Positions 1 through 8,908 of a DNA stretch of 35,188 nucleotides are shown here, piece after piece; within the stretch, counting starts at the first letter, position 1, and every line of letters starts with the position of its first letter. The stretch is taken from contig DASXYH010000234.1 of the NCBI GenBank assembly GCA_036502545.1, forward strand, positions 1-35,188, given 5' to 3'. A program made the position numbers and the translations under genes. Source of the DNA: Spongiibacteraceae bacterium. GTDB lineage: Bacteria; Pseudomonadota; Gammaproteobacteria; Pseudomonadales; CAMLJR01. The notes under the pieces are model-generated. The model worked only from the letters and a program-made list of their open reading frames with translations, had not been told where the DNA came from and did no database searches.

Positions 1-1
1 C

Positions 2-664
2 GAGCGCGCCGCCGCTGAAATTATCGCCGCGAGCGGCGGCGAAGCGATCGGTCTGTCCGCCGATGTACGCGATTACGATGCGGTTGAAAATACGCTGCGC
101 GCTGCGCGCGATAAGTTCGGCGCCATCAATATTGTGATCGCCGGCGCGGCCGGCAACTTCCCGGCGGCCGCGGTCAATCTCTCGGCGAAAGGCTTCAAAA
201 CGGTGGTCGATATCGATTTGATCGGTACCTACAACGTATTTCGCGGCGCTTTCGATTACATCGAGAAAAAAGGCGCTTCGCTGATCGCAATCACCGCCGG
301 GCAGGCGGTCAATCCGTGGCCGCTGCAGGCGCATGTCTGCGCCGCCAAAGCTGGCATAAATATGCTGATCAAATGTCTGGCGATGGAATGGGGGCCGGCC
401 GGCATTCGCGTCAACGGTATTTCACCGGGTCCGATCGAGGGCACCGAAGGCATTGCGCGTCTGCTGCCGACCGCGGAAGTGAAACAACAATGGCTTGATA
501 AAATTCCGCTGCGCCGCTTTGGCACGCGCGAGGAAATCGCCAACGCCGCGATTTTTTTAAGCTCGTCGCTGGCACAGTACATTACCGGCACCATTCTCGA
601 CTGCGAAGGCGGTTCGCAGCTCGGCGATGCCAGCGCGGATTGCTTGACGGTTATTCCGCGCTAA
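2..664 (+). CDS. SDR-family oxidoreductase, 2,4-dienoyl-CoA reductase (DECR2)-like; 5' end cut by window edge
   Basis: The frame is open from base 2, so the track M at 134 is an internal GTG. The translated region (AGNFPAAA..., HVCAAKAGI, ISPGPIEGTEG, ITGTILDCEGG) is collinear with peroxisomal-type dienoyl-CoA reductases. Confidence 0.8.
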   Translation, partial: ERAAAEIIAASGGEAIGLSADVRDYDAVENTLRAARDKFGAINIVIAGAAGNFPAAAVNLSAKGFKTVVDIDLIGTYNVFRGAFDYIEKKGASLIAITAGQAVNPWPLQAHVCAAKAGINMLIKCLAMEWGPAGIRVNGISPGPIEGTEGIARLLPTAEVKQQWLDKIPLRRFGTREEIANAAIFLSSSLAQYITGTILDCEGGSQLGDASADCLTVIPR

Positions 665-677
665 TTATTTAAGGAAG

Positions 678-943
678 CTCTGATTAAGTGTTCCTTTTTA
701 TGGCGCCTTGTAGCAGAGCATGAGGCGCCGTTGGCGGGTTCTCTTTTTCAGGACAAGAAGGTGATTTTATCGAAGTTGCGGTGCCATTCGTCATCGGAGA
801 AGTCGTCGAATTCCGCTAGGCCGACCACACCGAAGTTACCGGAATGCTCGCCACGGAAGTCCTGAAAAAGAGAACCCCCAACGGCGCCAACCCGCTGCAA
901 GAGTGGTGCAATGGCCGGGCTAACAAAAAACACTTAATCAGAG
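678..943. repeat. Large nested inverted repeat between convergent genes (MITE-like element or long stem-loop)
   Basis: The outer arms ctctgattaagtgtt (678-692) and aacacttaatcagag (929-943) are perfect reverse complements. The inner arms 724-754 and 859-888 match at 30 of 31 positions, with about 100 nt between them. Confidence 0.6.
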
Positions 944-992
944 TTTACTTAACGACATTGAAACGCAAACCGCTTGTTGCAGCCGTTCTCGC

Positions 993-1493
993 TTAAGTTT
1001 CCGTTTCAATTTTATTAAGTTTGTCGACCAGCAGCGCAACAATATTGACCAGCTCGCGCGTCTTGCGTTCGCCGATTAACTGCTCCAAATCGGCAACGAT
1101 TTCCTCGACGCCAGCGCTGGTGTCTTCCACCAATTTGACGCCCTTCGGGGTGAACTTCAGATATTTATTGCGCCCATCCTGCACGCTGACTTCCTGATGA
1201 ATATAACCCATCCGTTCGAGCGTGCGCACGGTTTTGCCGATCGCCTGTTTCGATAAATCGGTTTTTTCCGCGATATCGATCGCGCGCGTTCCCGACCTGG
1301 CAATATGCAACAGCACCGGCGCAAATGCCATGCGCATATTTTTATGCCCGCGCACGGCATTTTTTTCCAGCAATTGCTCGTTGAAAATTTCGGCGAGAAA
1401 AATAAGATCGCGAACGAAATTTCGATTAAATAATTCAGTGCTACCTGCACTGGGTTTGCGTTTCGCTTTCGGTTCAGCTTTTGCTTTAGGCAA
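993..1493 (-). CDS. MarR-family transcriptional regulator
   Basis: Winged-HTH signature AIDIAEKTDLSKQAIGKTVRTLERMGYI...DGRNKYLKFTPKG. The start is uncertain: TTG at 1493 has GGAG 7 nt upstream, and TTG at 1508 is the alternative. Either start overlaps the end of the upstream LLM gene. Confidence 0.75.
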   Translation of the reverse strand: MPKAKAEPKAKRKPSAGSTELFNRNFVRDLIFLAEIFNEQLLEKNAVRGHKNMRMAFAPVLLHIARSGTRAIDIAEKTDLSKQAIGKTVRTLERMGYIHQEVSVQDGRNKYLKFTPKGVKLVEDTSAGVEEIVADLEQLIGERKTRELVNIVALLVDKLNKIETET

Positions 1494-2349
1494 GGTGCCG
1501 CTCCGCAAACTTTTCCATGTCGGCGAGCTTTTGCGCCAGCGTCATCACGCTGGCGCGGCCGTTTTCGTCGAGCCACGCATTACGCAAAATTCGAGTGACG
1601 CCGATATCTTCGGCGCGGTGAAAGTTTTCGGGAGTCGGTTGTTTCAGCGCAACAATAATATCGAACGGATCCGCCGCGGTTTTACCCAATGCGGCGCGCT
1701 CCTGTTTGAGCGTCGCGACCATCGGCGGCAGCTCTTCAATGTCGTGCTCGGCGCCGATCCAGCCGTCGTTGCGCGCGGCGCGCTTATATGCAGCCGAACT
1801 GAAACCGCCGATCAGCACCGCCACGCGCTTGTTAACACCAGGCGACATTTGCAACGGTTCGAAATCGTAAAACTCGCCGTGAAATTCGACCACCTGTCCC
1901 GACATTAATAATTCCATCACCGTCAGCATTTCATCGGTACGCCCGCCGCGATTGCGAAACGATTGGCCAACCAAATCGAATTCGGACTCCTGCCAGCCGA
2001 CGCCGACACCGAGCATGATACGATCGTTGGAAATTCGCGCCGCGGTGGAAATCGCCTTCGCGGCGCTGAACGGATCGCGTATCGGCAATACGTAAACGCT
2101 GCTCATGAATTTCAATGTCGTCGTCACCTGCGACAGCGCCGCCACCTGCACCCACGGATCGGGCCAATGTGTTTCCGGATACCACAATACGCGTCCATCA
2201 GCGCTGTACGGGTAGGATTCATATTGCGTCGCGAACGTCACCGGATGATCGCCGAGGGTAACGCCTTCGAAGCCTAACTCCTCCGCGCGTTTAGCCAGCG
2301 TCGGCAATTGATCGATATCGGTCATCGCAATCGCCTGCCAGAATCTCAT
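1486..2349 (-). CDS. Luciferase-like monooxygenase (LLM) class flavin/F420-type oxidoreductase
   Basis: Translation MRFWQAIAM...LGFEGVTLGDH...LGVGVGWQESEF...RNRGGRTDE is typical of the LLM TIM-barrel Rv2161c-like group. ATG at 2349 is preceded by aaagga; the longer track ORF to 2448 has no such signal. Confidence 0.8.
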   Translation of the reverse strand: MRFWQAIAMTDIDQLPTLAKRAEELGFEGVTLGDHPVTFATQYESYPYSADGRVLWYPETHWPDPWVQVAALSQVTTTLKFMSSVYVLPIRDPFSAAKAISTAARISNDRIMLGVGVGWQESEFDLVGQSFRNRGGRTDEMLTVMELLMSGQVVEFHGEFYDFEPLQMSPGVNKRVAVLIGGFSSAAYKRAARNDGWIGAEHDIEELPPMVATLKQERAALGKTAADPFDIIVALKQPTPENFHRAEDIGVTRILRNAWLDENGRASVMTLAQKLADMEKFAERHLA

Positions 2350-2463
2350 GTAACGTCCTTTGCCGAAGTTAAATGGAATGATACGAGCGTATCGACATAT
2401 GCACTTGCTATGTGCAGCAGAGGTACCGACAAACTGCGAAATCTGCACAAAGTATAGGAAAAC

Positions 2464-2503
2464 CCGGCCACAATAGTCAACTAGAGTTGTCTATTGCGGC
2501 TGG
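2464..2503. promoter_or_regulatory. Candidate operator: imperfect 19-bp-arm palindrome upstream of the LLM-MarR pair
   Basis: ccggccacaatagtcaact-ag-agttgtctattgcggctgg has 16 of 19 arm positions complementary. A second palindrome, ggcattatc-N8-gatagtgcc, lies at about 2520-2545. Both sit in the 233-nt gap upstream of the start at 2349. Confidence 0.35.
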
Positions 2504-2582
2504 GCGTTATCTGTTGAATGGCATTATCTATTGAGTGATAGTGCCTATTGAAATGATATAAATCACGAAGCGGGGTTTTAAA

Positions 2583-3371
2583 TTATTTGACCAACCACTG
2601 ACCGCCGTTGACCGAGATCGCCTGGCCGGTGATGACGCGCGCCAGATCCGAAGCGAGAAACAGCACGGCGCCCGCGCATTCGTGCGGCGGCGGCACGTAA
2701 TGCAGCGGGAATTCCGCCTGCAGAAATTCATCGAGATATTGTTCCGCGCTAACGCCCTTCTGCCGCGCCACATCGGCAATCCACGGCCGAAAATTTTCGC
2801 CGTCGACCGGCCCCAAATGCACGCCGTTGCAACGAATACCGTCTTTGCCGTTTTCGATTGCGATAGATCGCACCAGTGAGGCCATCGCCGCCTTCGAAGC
2901 CGCGTACGATGCGAGATATTCCGGTGGGCGATTATTAGCGGCACCGGAGTTAACGAAAATCACGCGACCGTCACCGCGCTCTTTCATCGAAGGCAAACAG
3001 GCGCGAAATAAATGCAGTGCGCCAAACAAATTGCAGTCGAACGCCTGTTTCCAACGTTCGATATCGGCGTTTTCGATCAAATTCATATCGCCGGTATCGT
3101 GGCCGTTTTGCACCAGAATATCGACGCCGCCGAAGCGTTGAATTGCCGCATGCACAATCGCTTCGCACGAAGCGCGATCGGTCAAATCGGTGCGCAATGC
3201 AATCACCTCATGACCCTCGTCGGCAATCTCTTTCGCCACCGAATTCAGGAATTTTTCATTGCGCGCGCCAATGGCGAGCTTGGCCCCATTGCGCGCGAAT
3301 AACAAAGCGATTTCCCTGCCCATACCGGGACCAATACCGGTTACCACAGCGATACGATTTTTTATCAGCAT
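2583..3371 (-). CDS. SDR-family oxidoreductase
   Basis: N-terminal VVTGIGPGMGREIA Rossmann motif, YAASKAA catalytic YxxxK, and C-terminal ITGQAISVNGG. ATG at 3371 lies 6 nt after agaggg. Confidence 0.85.
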   Translation of the reverse strand: MLIKNRIAVVTGIGPGMGREIALLFARNGAKLAIGARNEKFLNSVAKEIADEGHEVIALRTDLTDRASCEAIVHAAIQRFGGVDILVQNGHDTGDMNLIENADIERWKQAFDCNLFGALHLFRACLPSMKERGDGRVIFVNSGAANNRPPEYLASYAASKAAMASLVRSIAIENGKDGIRCNGVHLGPVDGENFRPWIADVARQKGVSAEQYLDEFLQAEFPLHYVPPPHECAGAVLFLASDLARVITGQAISVNGGQWLVK

Positions 3372-3417
3372 CACGAGCCCTCTTCGAATAATTCACCGCG
3401 CTTAAGCGCAGCGGGAT

Positions 3418-4491
3418 TTATTTTTTTGGATTGAATGCATTGACCGCACGAATCATCGGCAAATCGAGCTGCGTGACGATGCCGGGTTTCGCCGCTACAA
3501 CTAATGGCGCGGTATTCATGCAATTCATCGCCGTGCATACCAGGCCGAGCCGCGCCGAATCGCGGCCATCCGGTGCGCCGCAGGTGAACGTCAATTTCAA
3601 ATTGGGATCGCCTTCGATAATGACGTGATACGCCCACGGCTCGTCGAACGGCCAGTTCGGTTCGAGATCCTTACTCATTTTCCAGTACGTTTTAAAATCG
3701 ATAACGGTCTTACCGCCGACCTTGCCCATGTAATTGAAATTTTGTCCGGCAACATGATCCTTGCGTACGACGCCGGTTTTATTGCCCATATCGAGTATCA
3801 CTTCGATATCGTGTTGCGCCAGCGCGAACTCGTGGGTCTTTTCGTAACTCTCGATTTGCAGGCCGAGTCCTTGCGCTACCAATGCGATCGACTCGAAAAA
3901 AATCGTGCTCAGCACTTGCAGCAAACCGGGCGGATTTTTACGCGCCTCGTCGGCGGTCATATCGAAGCCGAGAATTTTCACCATGTCCCAGCTTTCGTTG
4001 ACCAATGACATGTCGACGATTTCATACACGGTAATTTTATCGATACGGCGCGACATGCCCGATAAAATCAGCGGCAAGCGATCGCCGGAAAATCCCGGAT
4101 GAATACCGGAGCCATGAAACGATACGCCGCCTTTTTTACAAGCGGCTTCGAGTTTGGCGGCATCGGCTTTATTGCTGACGGTGGTGAACCCCGACGGCGT
4201 GATGACATTTTTGCCGGCTTCGAGAATGCGACAGATTTCATCGACATTCGACAGCAGCGGCGCGTACTGCACGATATCGGCCTCAAGCGCGAGCACTTCA
4301 TCGATGTTGTTGCTCGCCTTGATACCGATCGGACCGATGCCGGCGATTTCGCCCGCATCCTTGCCGTGTTTTTCGGCGCTGTGCACATACACGCCAACTA
4401 ATTTAAATGCCGGATTTTGATGACACGTTAAAATATTGCATTTGCCGATGGCACCGGTCGCCCATTGAATAACGCGTAAAGGTTTAGTCAT
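3418..4491 (-). CDS. DapB-like / NAD(P)H-dependent amine-dehydrogenase-family oxidoreductase, paralogue 1
   Basis: N-terminal RVIQWATGAIGK dinucleotide-binding motif of the DapB_N type, followed by ...GKNVITPSG...HGSGIHPGFSGD... ATG at 4491 has a GAGG site upstream. It is clearly paralogous to 6674-7756, 19115-20230 and 20745-21821. Confidence 0.7.
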   Translation of the reverse strand: MTKPLRVIQWATGAIGKCNILTCHQNPAFKLVGVYVHSAEKHGKDAGEIAGIGPIGIKASNNIDEVLALEADIVQYAPLLSNVDEICRILEAGKNVITPSGFTTVSNKADAAKLEAACKKGGVSFHGSGIHPGFSGDRLPLILSGMSRRIDKITVYEIVDMSLVNESWDMVKILGFDMTADEARKNPPGLLQVLSTIFFESIALVAQGLGLQIESYEKTHEFALAQHDIEVILDMGNKTGVVRKDHVAGQNFNYMGKVGGKTVIDFKTYWKMSKDLEPNWPFDEPWAYHVIIEGDPNLKLTFTCGAPDGRDSARLGLVCTAMNCMNTAPLVVAAKPGIVTQLDLPMIRAVNAFNPKK

Positions 4492-4573
4492 TATTTTTGC
4501 CTCGTTCTGTATCGCGGTAACTGAATGATCGATAAAATCAGCGGCCCGGATCGACACGAACCGCCGCAAGAGG

Positions 4574-5377
4574 TTATGCGGTAGGTATGGATTCCAATTC
4601 CTTTACAATGCGTTGCCCCGTCTTCACTTCGATAAATTCGGGCGCAACGGTCGGCGGATATTCGAAGCACTGTGCAATCGCTTCTCCCATAATTTCCGGC
4701 GTGGTACTGCCGCCGTAATAAGTGCCTTTATCTTTCCACGCGGCGAGCGCCAGCTGCGTGGCTTGCGGATCGAAATTCTCGATGCTGCCAGTGAATACGC
4801 TGCCAGAGCTAAATAGCGTAACCAAAATATTGTCGGCGCGCACTTCATCGCGTAATTCAGTGGTAAAAAAATCGACTGCGGCCTTGCAGGCGCTATAAAT
4901 CGCGATGTGCGCAAATTCGTTGCGATCGCGCACCGACGACGATGTGATGTTGATGATGCGCCCGCCGCCATTTTTGCGCAGCAATGGAATTGCGCTCTGA
5001 CAGCCGAATACAGTGCCGATAAAATTCAATTCGACCATGCGTCGCACTTCATCCGGCGGCATATCTTCGACGCGACGAACGAATTGAAAACCGACGTTGT
5101 TAACGATGCCGTCGAAGCGGCCCCAACGCTGCCGCACTCGCTGCAACGCATCGCTCATCGCGTTTTTATCGCAGACATCGACAGCGATGCCAAACGCGCG
5201 TTCATCGCTCAACTCACCATTCAACTCGGCCACTGCGCGTTGCAATCGCTCCGCATTGCGCGCCAACAAAGCCACGCGCGCGCCGCGTTGAATTAAACAT
5301 TGCGCCGCACCGAAGCCGATGCCCTTCGATGCGCCGGTCACGACGATGACTTGGTCTTGCACGCGCCACTGCACCAT
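4574..5377 (-). CDS. SDR-family oxidoreductase
   Basis: VVTGASKGIGFG Rossmann motif and YSACKAA catalytic motif. Its ATG directly abuts the TAA of the upstream gene (TAAATG at 5375-5380). Confidence 0.85.
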   Translation of the reverse strand: MVQWRVQDQVIVVTGASKGIGFGAAQCLIQRGARVALLARNAERLQRAVAELNGELSDERAFGIAVDVCDKNAMSDALQRVRQRWGRFDGIVNNVGFQFVRRVEDMPPDEVRRMVELNFIGTVFGCQSAIPLLRKNGGGRIINITSSSVRDRNEFAHIAIYSACKAAVDFFTTELRDEVRADNILVTLFSSGSVFTGSIENFDPQATQLALAAWKDKGTYYGGSTTPEIMGEAIAQCFEYPPTVAPEFIEVKTGQRIVKELESIPTA

Positions 5378-5767
5378 TTATTGCTCCGCAAATGCACCGA
5401 GTGTTTCGGCGGCGTATTTCGAATCGTTGTATTCTTTTGAACAGCGGATTTTACCGTTTTCGAATTCAAACAAAAAATGGTAGGTGTTGTTATACAACTT
5501 GCCGTTGATCAATTCGACAAATGATTCCGCTTCCACCGCGACGCGATCGTTCTCCGCCGTCACGCCGTGTATCACCATGCGCCCTTCTCCGCGGCGCATT
5601 TTGCCGAATGCATCCATCAATTGCTGAAATTCGGCGCGGGTAATTTTACCGCGCCCCGGTATCCACCAATAGGCGTCGGGCGCGACCAACGTATCGTCAA
5701 TGATTCCGCGCGTGATCTGCTCGATCATTTTCAACGCAATCTGTTTATTGTGTTCGTTGCTGCTCAT
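5378..5767 (-). CDS. NTF2/SnoaL-like (ketosteroid-isomerase-fold) protein
   Basis: About 129 aa, starting MSSNEHNKQIALKMIEQ..., with a pattern typical of SnoaL/NTF2 small alpha+beta barrels. The ATG at 5767 is 1 nt from the upstream gene's stop (TAAtATG). Confidence 0.6.
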   Translation of the reverse strand: MSSNEHNKQIALKMIEQITRGIIDDTLVAPDAYWWIPGRGKITRAEFQQLMDAFGKMRRGEGRMVIHGVTAENDRVAVEAESFVELINGKLYNNTYHFLFEFENGKIRCSKEYNDSKYAAETLGAFAEQ

Positions 5768-5768
5768 A

Positions 5769-6557
5769 TTACAGATCCGGTAATTTAAATGGCAGATTGG
5801 TATCCTGAATGCCGCCGTCGATATTGAGAATGGCGCCGGTGACATACGACGCGCCGGGCGAGCATAAAAATAATGCCGCAAGACCGATGTCGTTGGTATC
5901 GCCGACCGATTTCAGCGGTGTTTTCTCGATTAATTTCTCGCGAAAATTCGCATCCATATCGAATGTCTGCTGCAGCGCAGGCGTCATGATCGCGCCCAGC
6001 GCTAAACAGTTGACGCGAATTTTCGGCGCTAATTCCTCGGCCATGCTTTTCGTCAAATGATCCAGACCAGCTTTCGCGACGCAATACGACATCATGCCGC
6101 GGATGCCGATATGACCGGCGCCCGACGAAATATTCAAGATGGTGCCGCCATTTTTGAGCAGCGCCGGTGTCGCGATGCGGCTGAGCAAAAATGCCGAGGT
6201 CGTGTTCCAATCGAAATGATATTTAAAATCGGCTTCGCTAATTTCGAGAAACGGCTTGTAATCATTGCCGCCCGCGTTATTGACAACGATATCGATGCGC
6301 CCAAATTTCTGCAGCGTCGCATCGACCAATGTCTGCAAATCGCTTTCTTTCATCACGTCGGCGACGATCGCCACGGCGCTGCCGCCCTTCGCTTTGATTT
6401 CGCTGACCGTGTTATCGATTTCCTTTTGCGTGCGCGCCGAACACACCACCGTCGCGCCGCCTTCGGCCAGGGCATGCGCAATACCGTGACCGACACCGCG
6501 TCCCGCGCCGGTAACAATCGCCACTTTGTCGTCGATTCGTAAACGTTCGATTGCCAT
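5769..6557 (-). CDS. SDR-family oxidoreductase
   Basis: VTGAGRGVGHGIA Rossmann motif, NNAG, YCVAKAG catalytic motif, VTGAILNIDGG. ATG at 6557 is preceded by gaggt; the track's longer N-terminus lacks a signal. Confidence 0.85.
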   Translation of the reverse strand: MAIERLRIDDKVAIVTGAGRGVGHGIAHALAEGGATVVCSARTQKEIDNTVSEIKAKGGSAVAIVADVMKESDLQTLVDATLQKFGRIDIVVNNAGGNDYKPFLEISEADFKYHFDWNTTSAFLLSRIATPALLKNGGTILNISSGAGHIGIRGMMSYCVAKAGLDHLTKSMAEELAPKIRVNCLALGAIMTPALQQTFDMDANFREKLIEKTPLKSVGDTNDIGLAALFLCSPGASYVTGAILNIDGGIQDTNLPFKLPDL

Positions 6558-6609
6558 ATGAATTACCTCGATCGTTGTGCAAGAATTTATTAACGAAGCT
6601 CTGACCGGT

Positions 6610-6630
6610 TCCCTCTCGCGGAGAGAGGGA
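6610..6630 (-). other. Intercistronic stem-loop inside the minus-strand operon
   Basis: tccctctc-gcgga-gagaggga forms an 8-bp stem between the stop at 6674 and the start at 6557. No U-run follows, so it is more likely an mRNA stability or processing element than a terminator. Confidence 0.3.
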
Positions 6631-6673
6631 GAAAACCATCTCATCAAAACTATTGTGCTCTTATTTTCGAAAT

Positions 6674-7756
6674 TTATTGCAAACCGCCGAAGCTGCCGAT
6701 AATCGGCAAATCCAAAAATGTTCTGATGCCGGGTTCGGCATTACATACGTACGGAATTGCATTGACGGCATGAATACCCGTGCCGATCACCGCCGCCTCT
6801 TCACCGCCCGTGTTGAATTTTGGATTTTCGGGATCGAAGCTTGCGCACGTTTCCAATTTAATTCGATACGACGGCGTGCCTTCGACAGTGATGGTCCATT
6901 CGACTTCTTTTTCGGAGCCGATCGGCCACATCGGCTCGATATCCATCGTCGTTTTCCAGTACGTGCGCAAAATAATCGCAGGCTTGCCGTTGACAATGCC
7001 CTGCCATTCGAAGCGCCGACAGCCGACGGTGCCCGCTTCGATAACACGATCCTTGGAAATAACGACGCGCGTTTTTGCAATCGCGACTTGATGATTGTCG
7101 ACGACTTTTTCCAGCGTCACGCCGAGATGGTCGGCGATCATTTCCATCGATTCGCGAAAATACGCGCTCATCCATGCGATGAACGGATTATTCGGCTGCA
7201 GTGCCTCTTCCGGCGATTTACCGAAACCGATGTTATCCATCATGATGCCCGGTGCTTCGGCGGTATAAAGTCGCACATCCGAAACTTCCTGCACGATGAT
7301 TTGTTTCGCGCGCAAACTCAATCCCGACAATGTGAGCGGCAGCACATCGCTCATGAAGGCAGGATTGATTCCCGAGCCGTGAAAAACACTTTTGCCTTCG
7401 AGGCAGGCATTTTGAATTTTGTCGAATACCTCGTGACCGTACGTTTTCGGATACATGTTCGCGGCGGTGGTGATTACGCTAACGCCTGCGCGCAACAGCT
7501 GCGCGATTTCATCGTAATTCGGCAGCATCGGAATATAGAGAACGCAATCGGCATTGCGCAGCGGCAGCTCGTTGATATCGACAACCGCTTTGATGCCGGT
7601 CTTCGGCAAGCCGACGATGTCGCCCGCATCGAGGCCCGCTTTGCTTTCGCTGTACACCTTGACGCCAACCAGTTCCAGTTGCGGGTGGTCGATCACGGCG
7701 CGCAATGTATGCTTGCCGACCGTGCCGGTTCCCCATTGAATAACGCGGTATGCCAT
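6674..7756 (-). CDS. DapB-like / NAD(P)H-dependent amine-dehydrogenase-family oxidoreductase, paralogue 2
   Basis: Begins MAYRVIQWGTGTVGK and continues ...HGSGINPAFMSD...; ATG at 7756 has GGAGG 5 nt upstream. It is collinear with the other three paralogues. Confidence 0.7.
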   Translation of the reverse strand: MAYRVIQWGTGTVGKHTLRAVIDHPQLELVGVKVYSESKAGLDAGDIVGLPKTGIKAVVDINELPLRNADCVLYIPMLPNYDEIAQLLRAGVSVITTAANMYPKTYGHEVFDKIQNACLEGKSVFHGSGINPAFMSDVLPLTLSGLSLRAKQIIVQEVSDVRLYTAEAPGIMMDNIGFGKSPEEALQPNNPFIAWMSAYFRESMEMIADHLGVTLEKVVDNHQVAIAKTRVVISKDRVIEAGTVGCRRFEWQGIVNGKPAIILRTYWKTTMDIEPMWPIGSEKEVEWTITVEGTPSYRIKLETCASFDPENPKFNTGGEEAAVIGTGIHAVNAIPYVCNAEPGIRTFLDLPIIGSFGGLQ

Positions 7757-7952
7757 GATTGCCTCCGGGCTGTGTGACATTTTTTATCGATTGTGACGTG
7801 TTATCAGTGATTATGTTGCGCCGTTATTGATTGTCTTGCGCAGATGATTAGGGCATATTACGGCCGCTTCAGCCATATTCTAATAGGCAAATACGCCAAC
7901 TAGTGGCCGTTCTGGCCGCGCCTAAACGGCATAGAGACAGGCAGAGACGATT

Positions 7953-8900
7953 ATGCGTGTTGCGCTTGCTGTCACCCGCGAATCGATTATTTCAGTCGTT
8001 GCCACCGCTTACGAAGTTATCGATTTTTGCGCGCGTATGCAGCATGTTGGCGTCAATGACAGTCAGCTGTTCGCCGTCAGCAGCGAGCCCGAATCCGCGT
8101 TTATGCGCCGCTTTGGTTTTATCGAATTTCTGGATTCGCGCTTATCGGTGCCGGTCGATTGGGTATTCATACCCGCGCTCGAAATCGCGCGGCCGTGGAC
8201 CGCCGCGCAATACAAACCGCTACTGCAATGGCTGCGTCGCAGCGCCGAACGCGGCGCGCTGATTACCAGCGTCGGCACCGGTTCATTTCTGCTCGCCGAA
8301 GCCGGTCTGCTCGATGGCAAGGAAGCGGTGACCTATTCGCAGCACGCCGATTATTTTGCGGCGCGTTATCCGAATATCTATTTGCGGCGCGATACCAATT
8401 GCGTGCGCAGCGAAAAATTATTGTTGTCGGGCGACATGCCCTGGCAGGAATTGCTGCTCACCGTTATCGGCGAACATTGGGGCACGGAAACCGCGCAGAT
8501 GGCTGCGAATACTTATGCGTTGCACTGGGAACATTTGATCGATGCGCCTGCAGTAACAACCGCGTTGCTCGATCCCGTCACGACCAAAGCGCAGCAATGG
8601 CTCAGCGAGCACATCGACGAGCATGATTTGCTGAATCGTTGCTGTGAGCATTTATCGTTGTCGCGGCGCACGTTCAATCGCCGCTTCAAGGAAGCAACCG
8701 GCATGACGCCGCTGGATTTCGTTCACCATGCGCGCTTGCAAACGAGTCAAAATTTGCTGATGTTTACCAATCGCAGCGTCGAGGAAATTTGTTACAACAT
8801 CGGTTATGACGATATCGGCGCGTTTTATAAATTATTTCGCCGGCACCTCGGTACTTCGCCCAATAAATTCCGCAAGCAGTTCGCCGGCGGACGCTTGTAA
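7953..8900 (+). CDS. AraC-family regulator with DJ-1/PfpI-like (GlxA-type) N-terminal domain
   Basis: C-terminal dual HTH: LSRRTFNRRFKEATGMTPLDFVHHARLQ...IGYDDIGAFYKLFRRHLGTSP. The N-terminal roughly 190 aa is GATase1-like. It is divergent from the minus-strand oxidoreductase operon. Confidence 0.8.
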   Translation: MRVALAVTRESIISVVATAYEVIDFCARMQHVGVNDSQLFAVSSEPESAFMRRFGFIEFLDSRLSVPVDWVFIPALEIARPWTAAQYKPLLQWLRRSAERGALITSVGTGSFLLAEAGLLDGKEAVTYSQHADYFAARYPNIYLRRDTNCVRSEKLLLSGDMPWQELLLTVIGEHWGTETAQMAANTYALHWEHLIDAPAVTTALLDPVTTKAQQWLSEHIDEHDLLNRCCEHLSLSRRTFNRRFKEATGMTPLDFVHHARLQTSQNLLMFTNRSVEEICYNIGYDDIGAFYKLFRRHLGTSPNKFRKQFAGGRL

Positions 8901-8908
8901 TCCGGCAA

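Noticed and set aside
748-933. 61-aa minus-strand ORF inside the inverted-repeat element
   Set aside because: Much of it is encoded by the repeat arms and there is no RBS. At most it is a gene remnant, so it is reported only within the repeat finding.
4127-4155. A roughly 30-nt patch (encoding KLEAACKKGG) nearly identical, with one mismatch, to 21084-21113 in paralogue 4, which could hint at gene conversion
   Set aside because: The identity stops immediately on both sides. Ten conserved residues with biased codon usage can explain it, and I cannot compute significance here.
6653-7777. 374-aa ORF on the + strand covering the whole DapB-like paralogue 2 locus
   Set aside because: It is antisense to a gene with clear family motifs and a strong RBS. 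The translation is Arg/Ala/Phe-rich and low in complexity with no recognisable domain, which is a typical shadow ORF.
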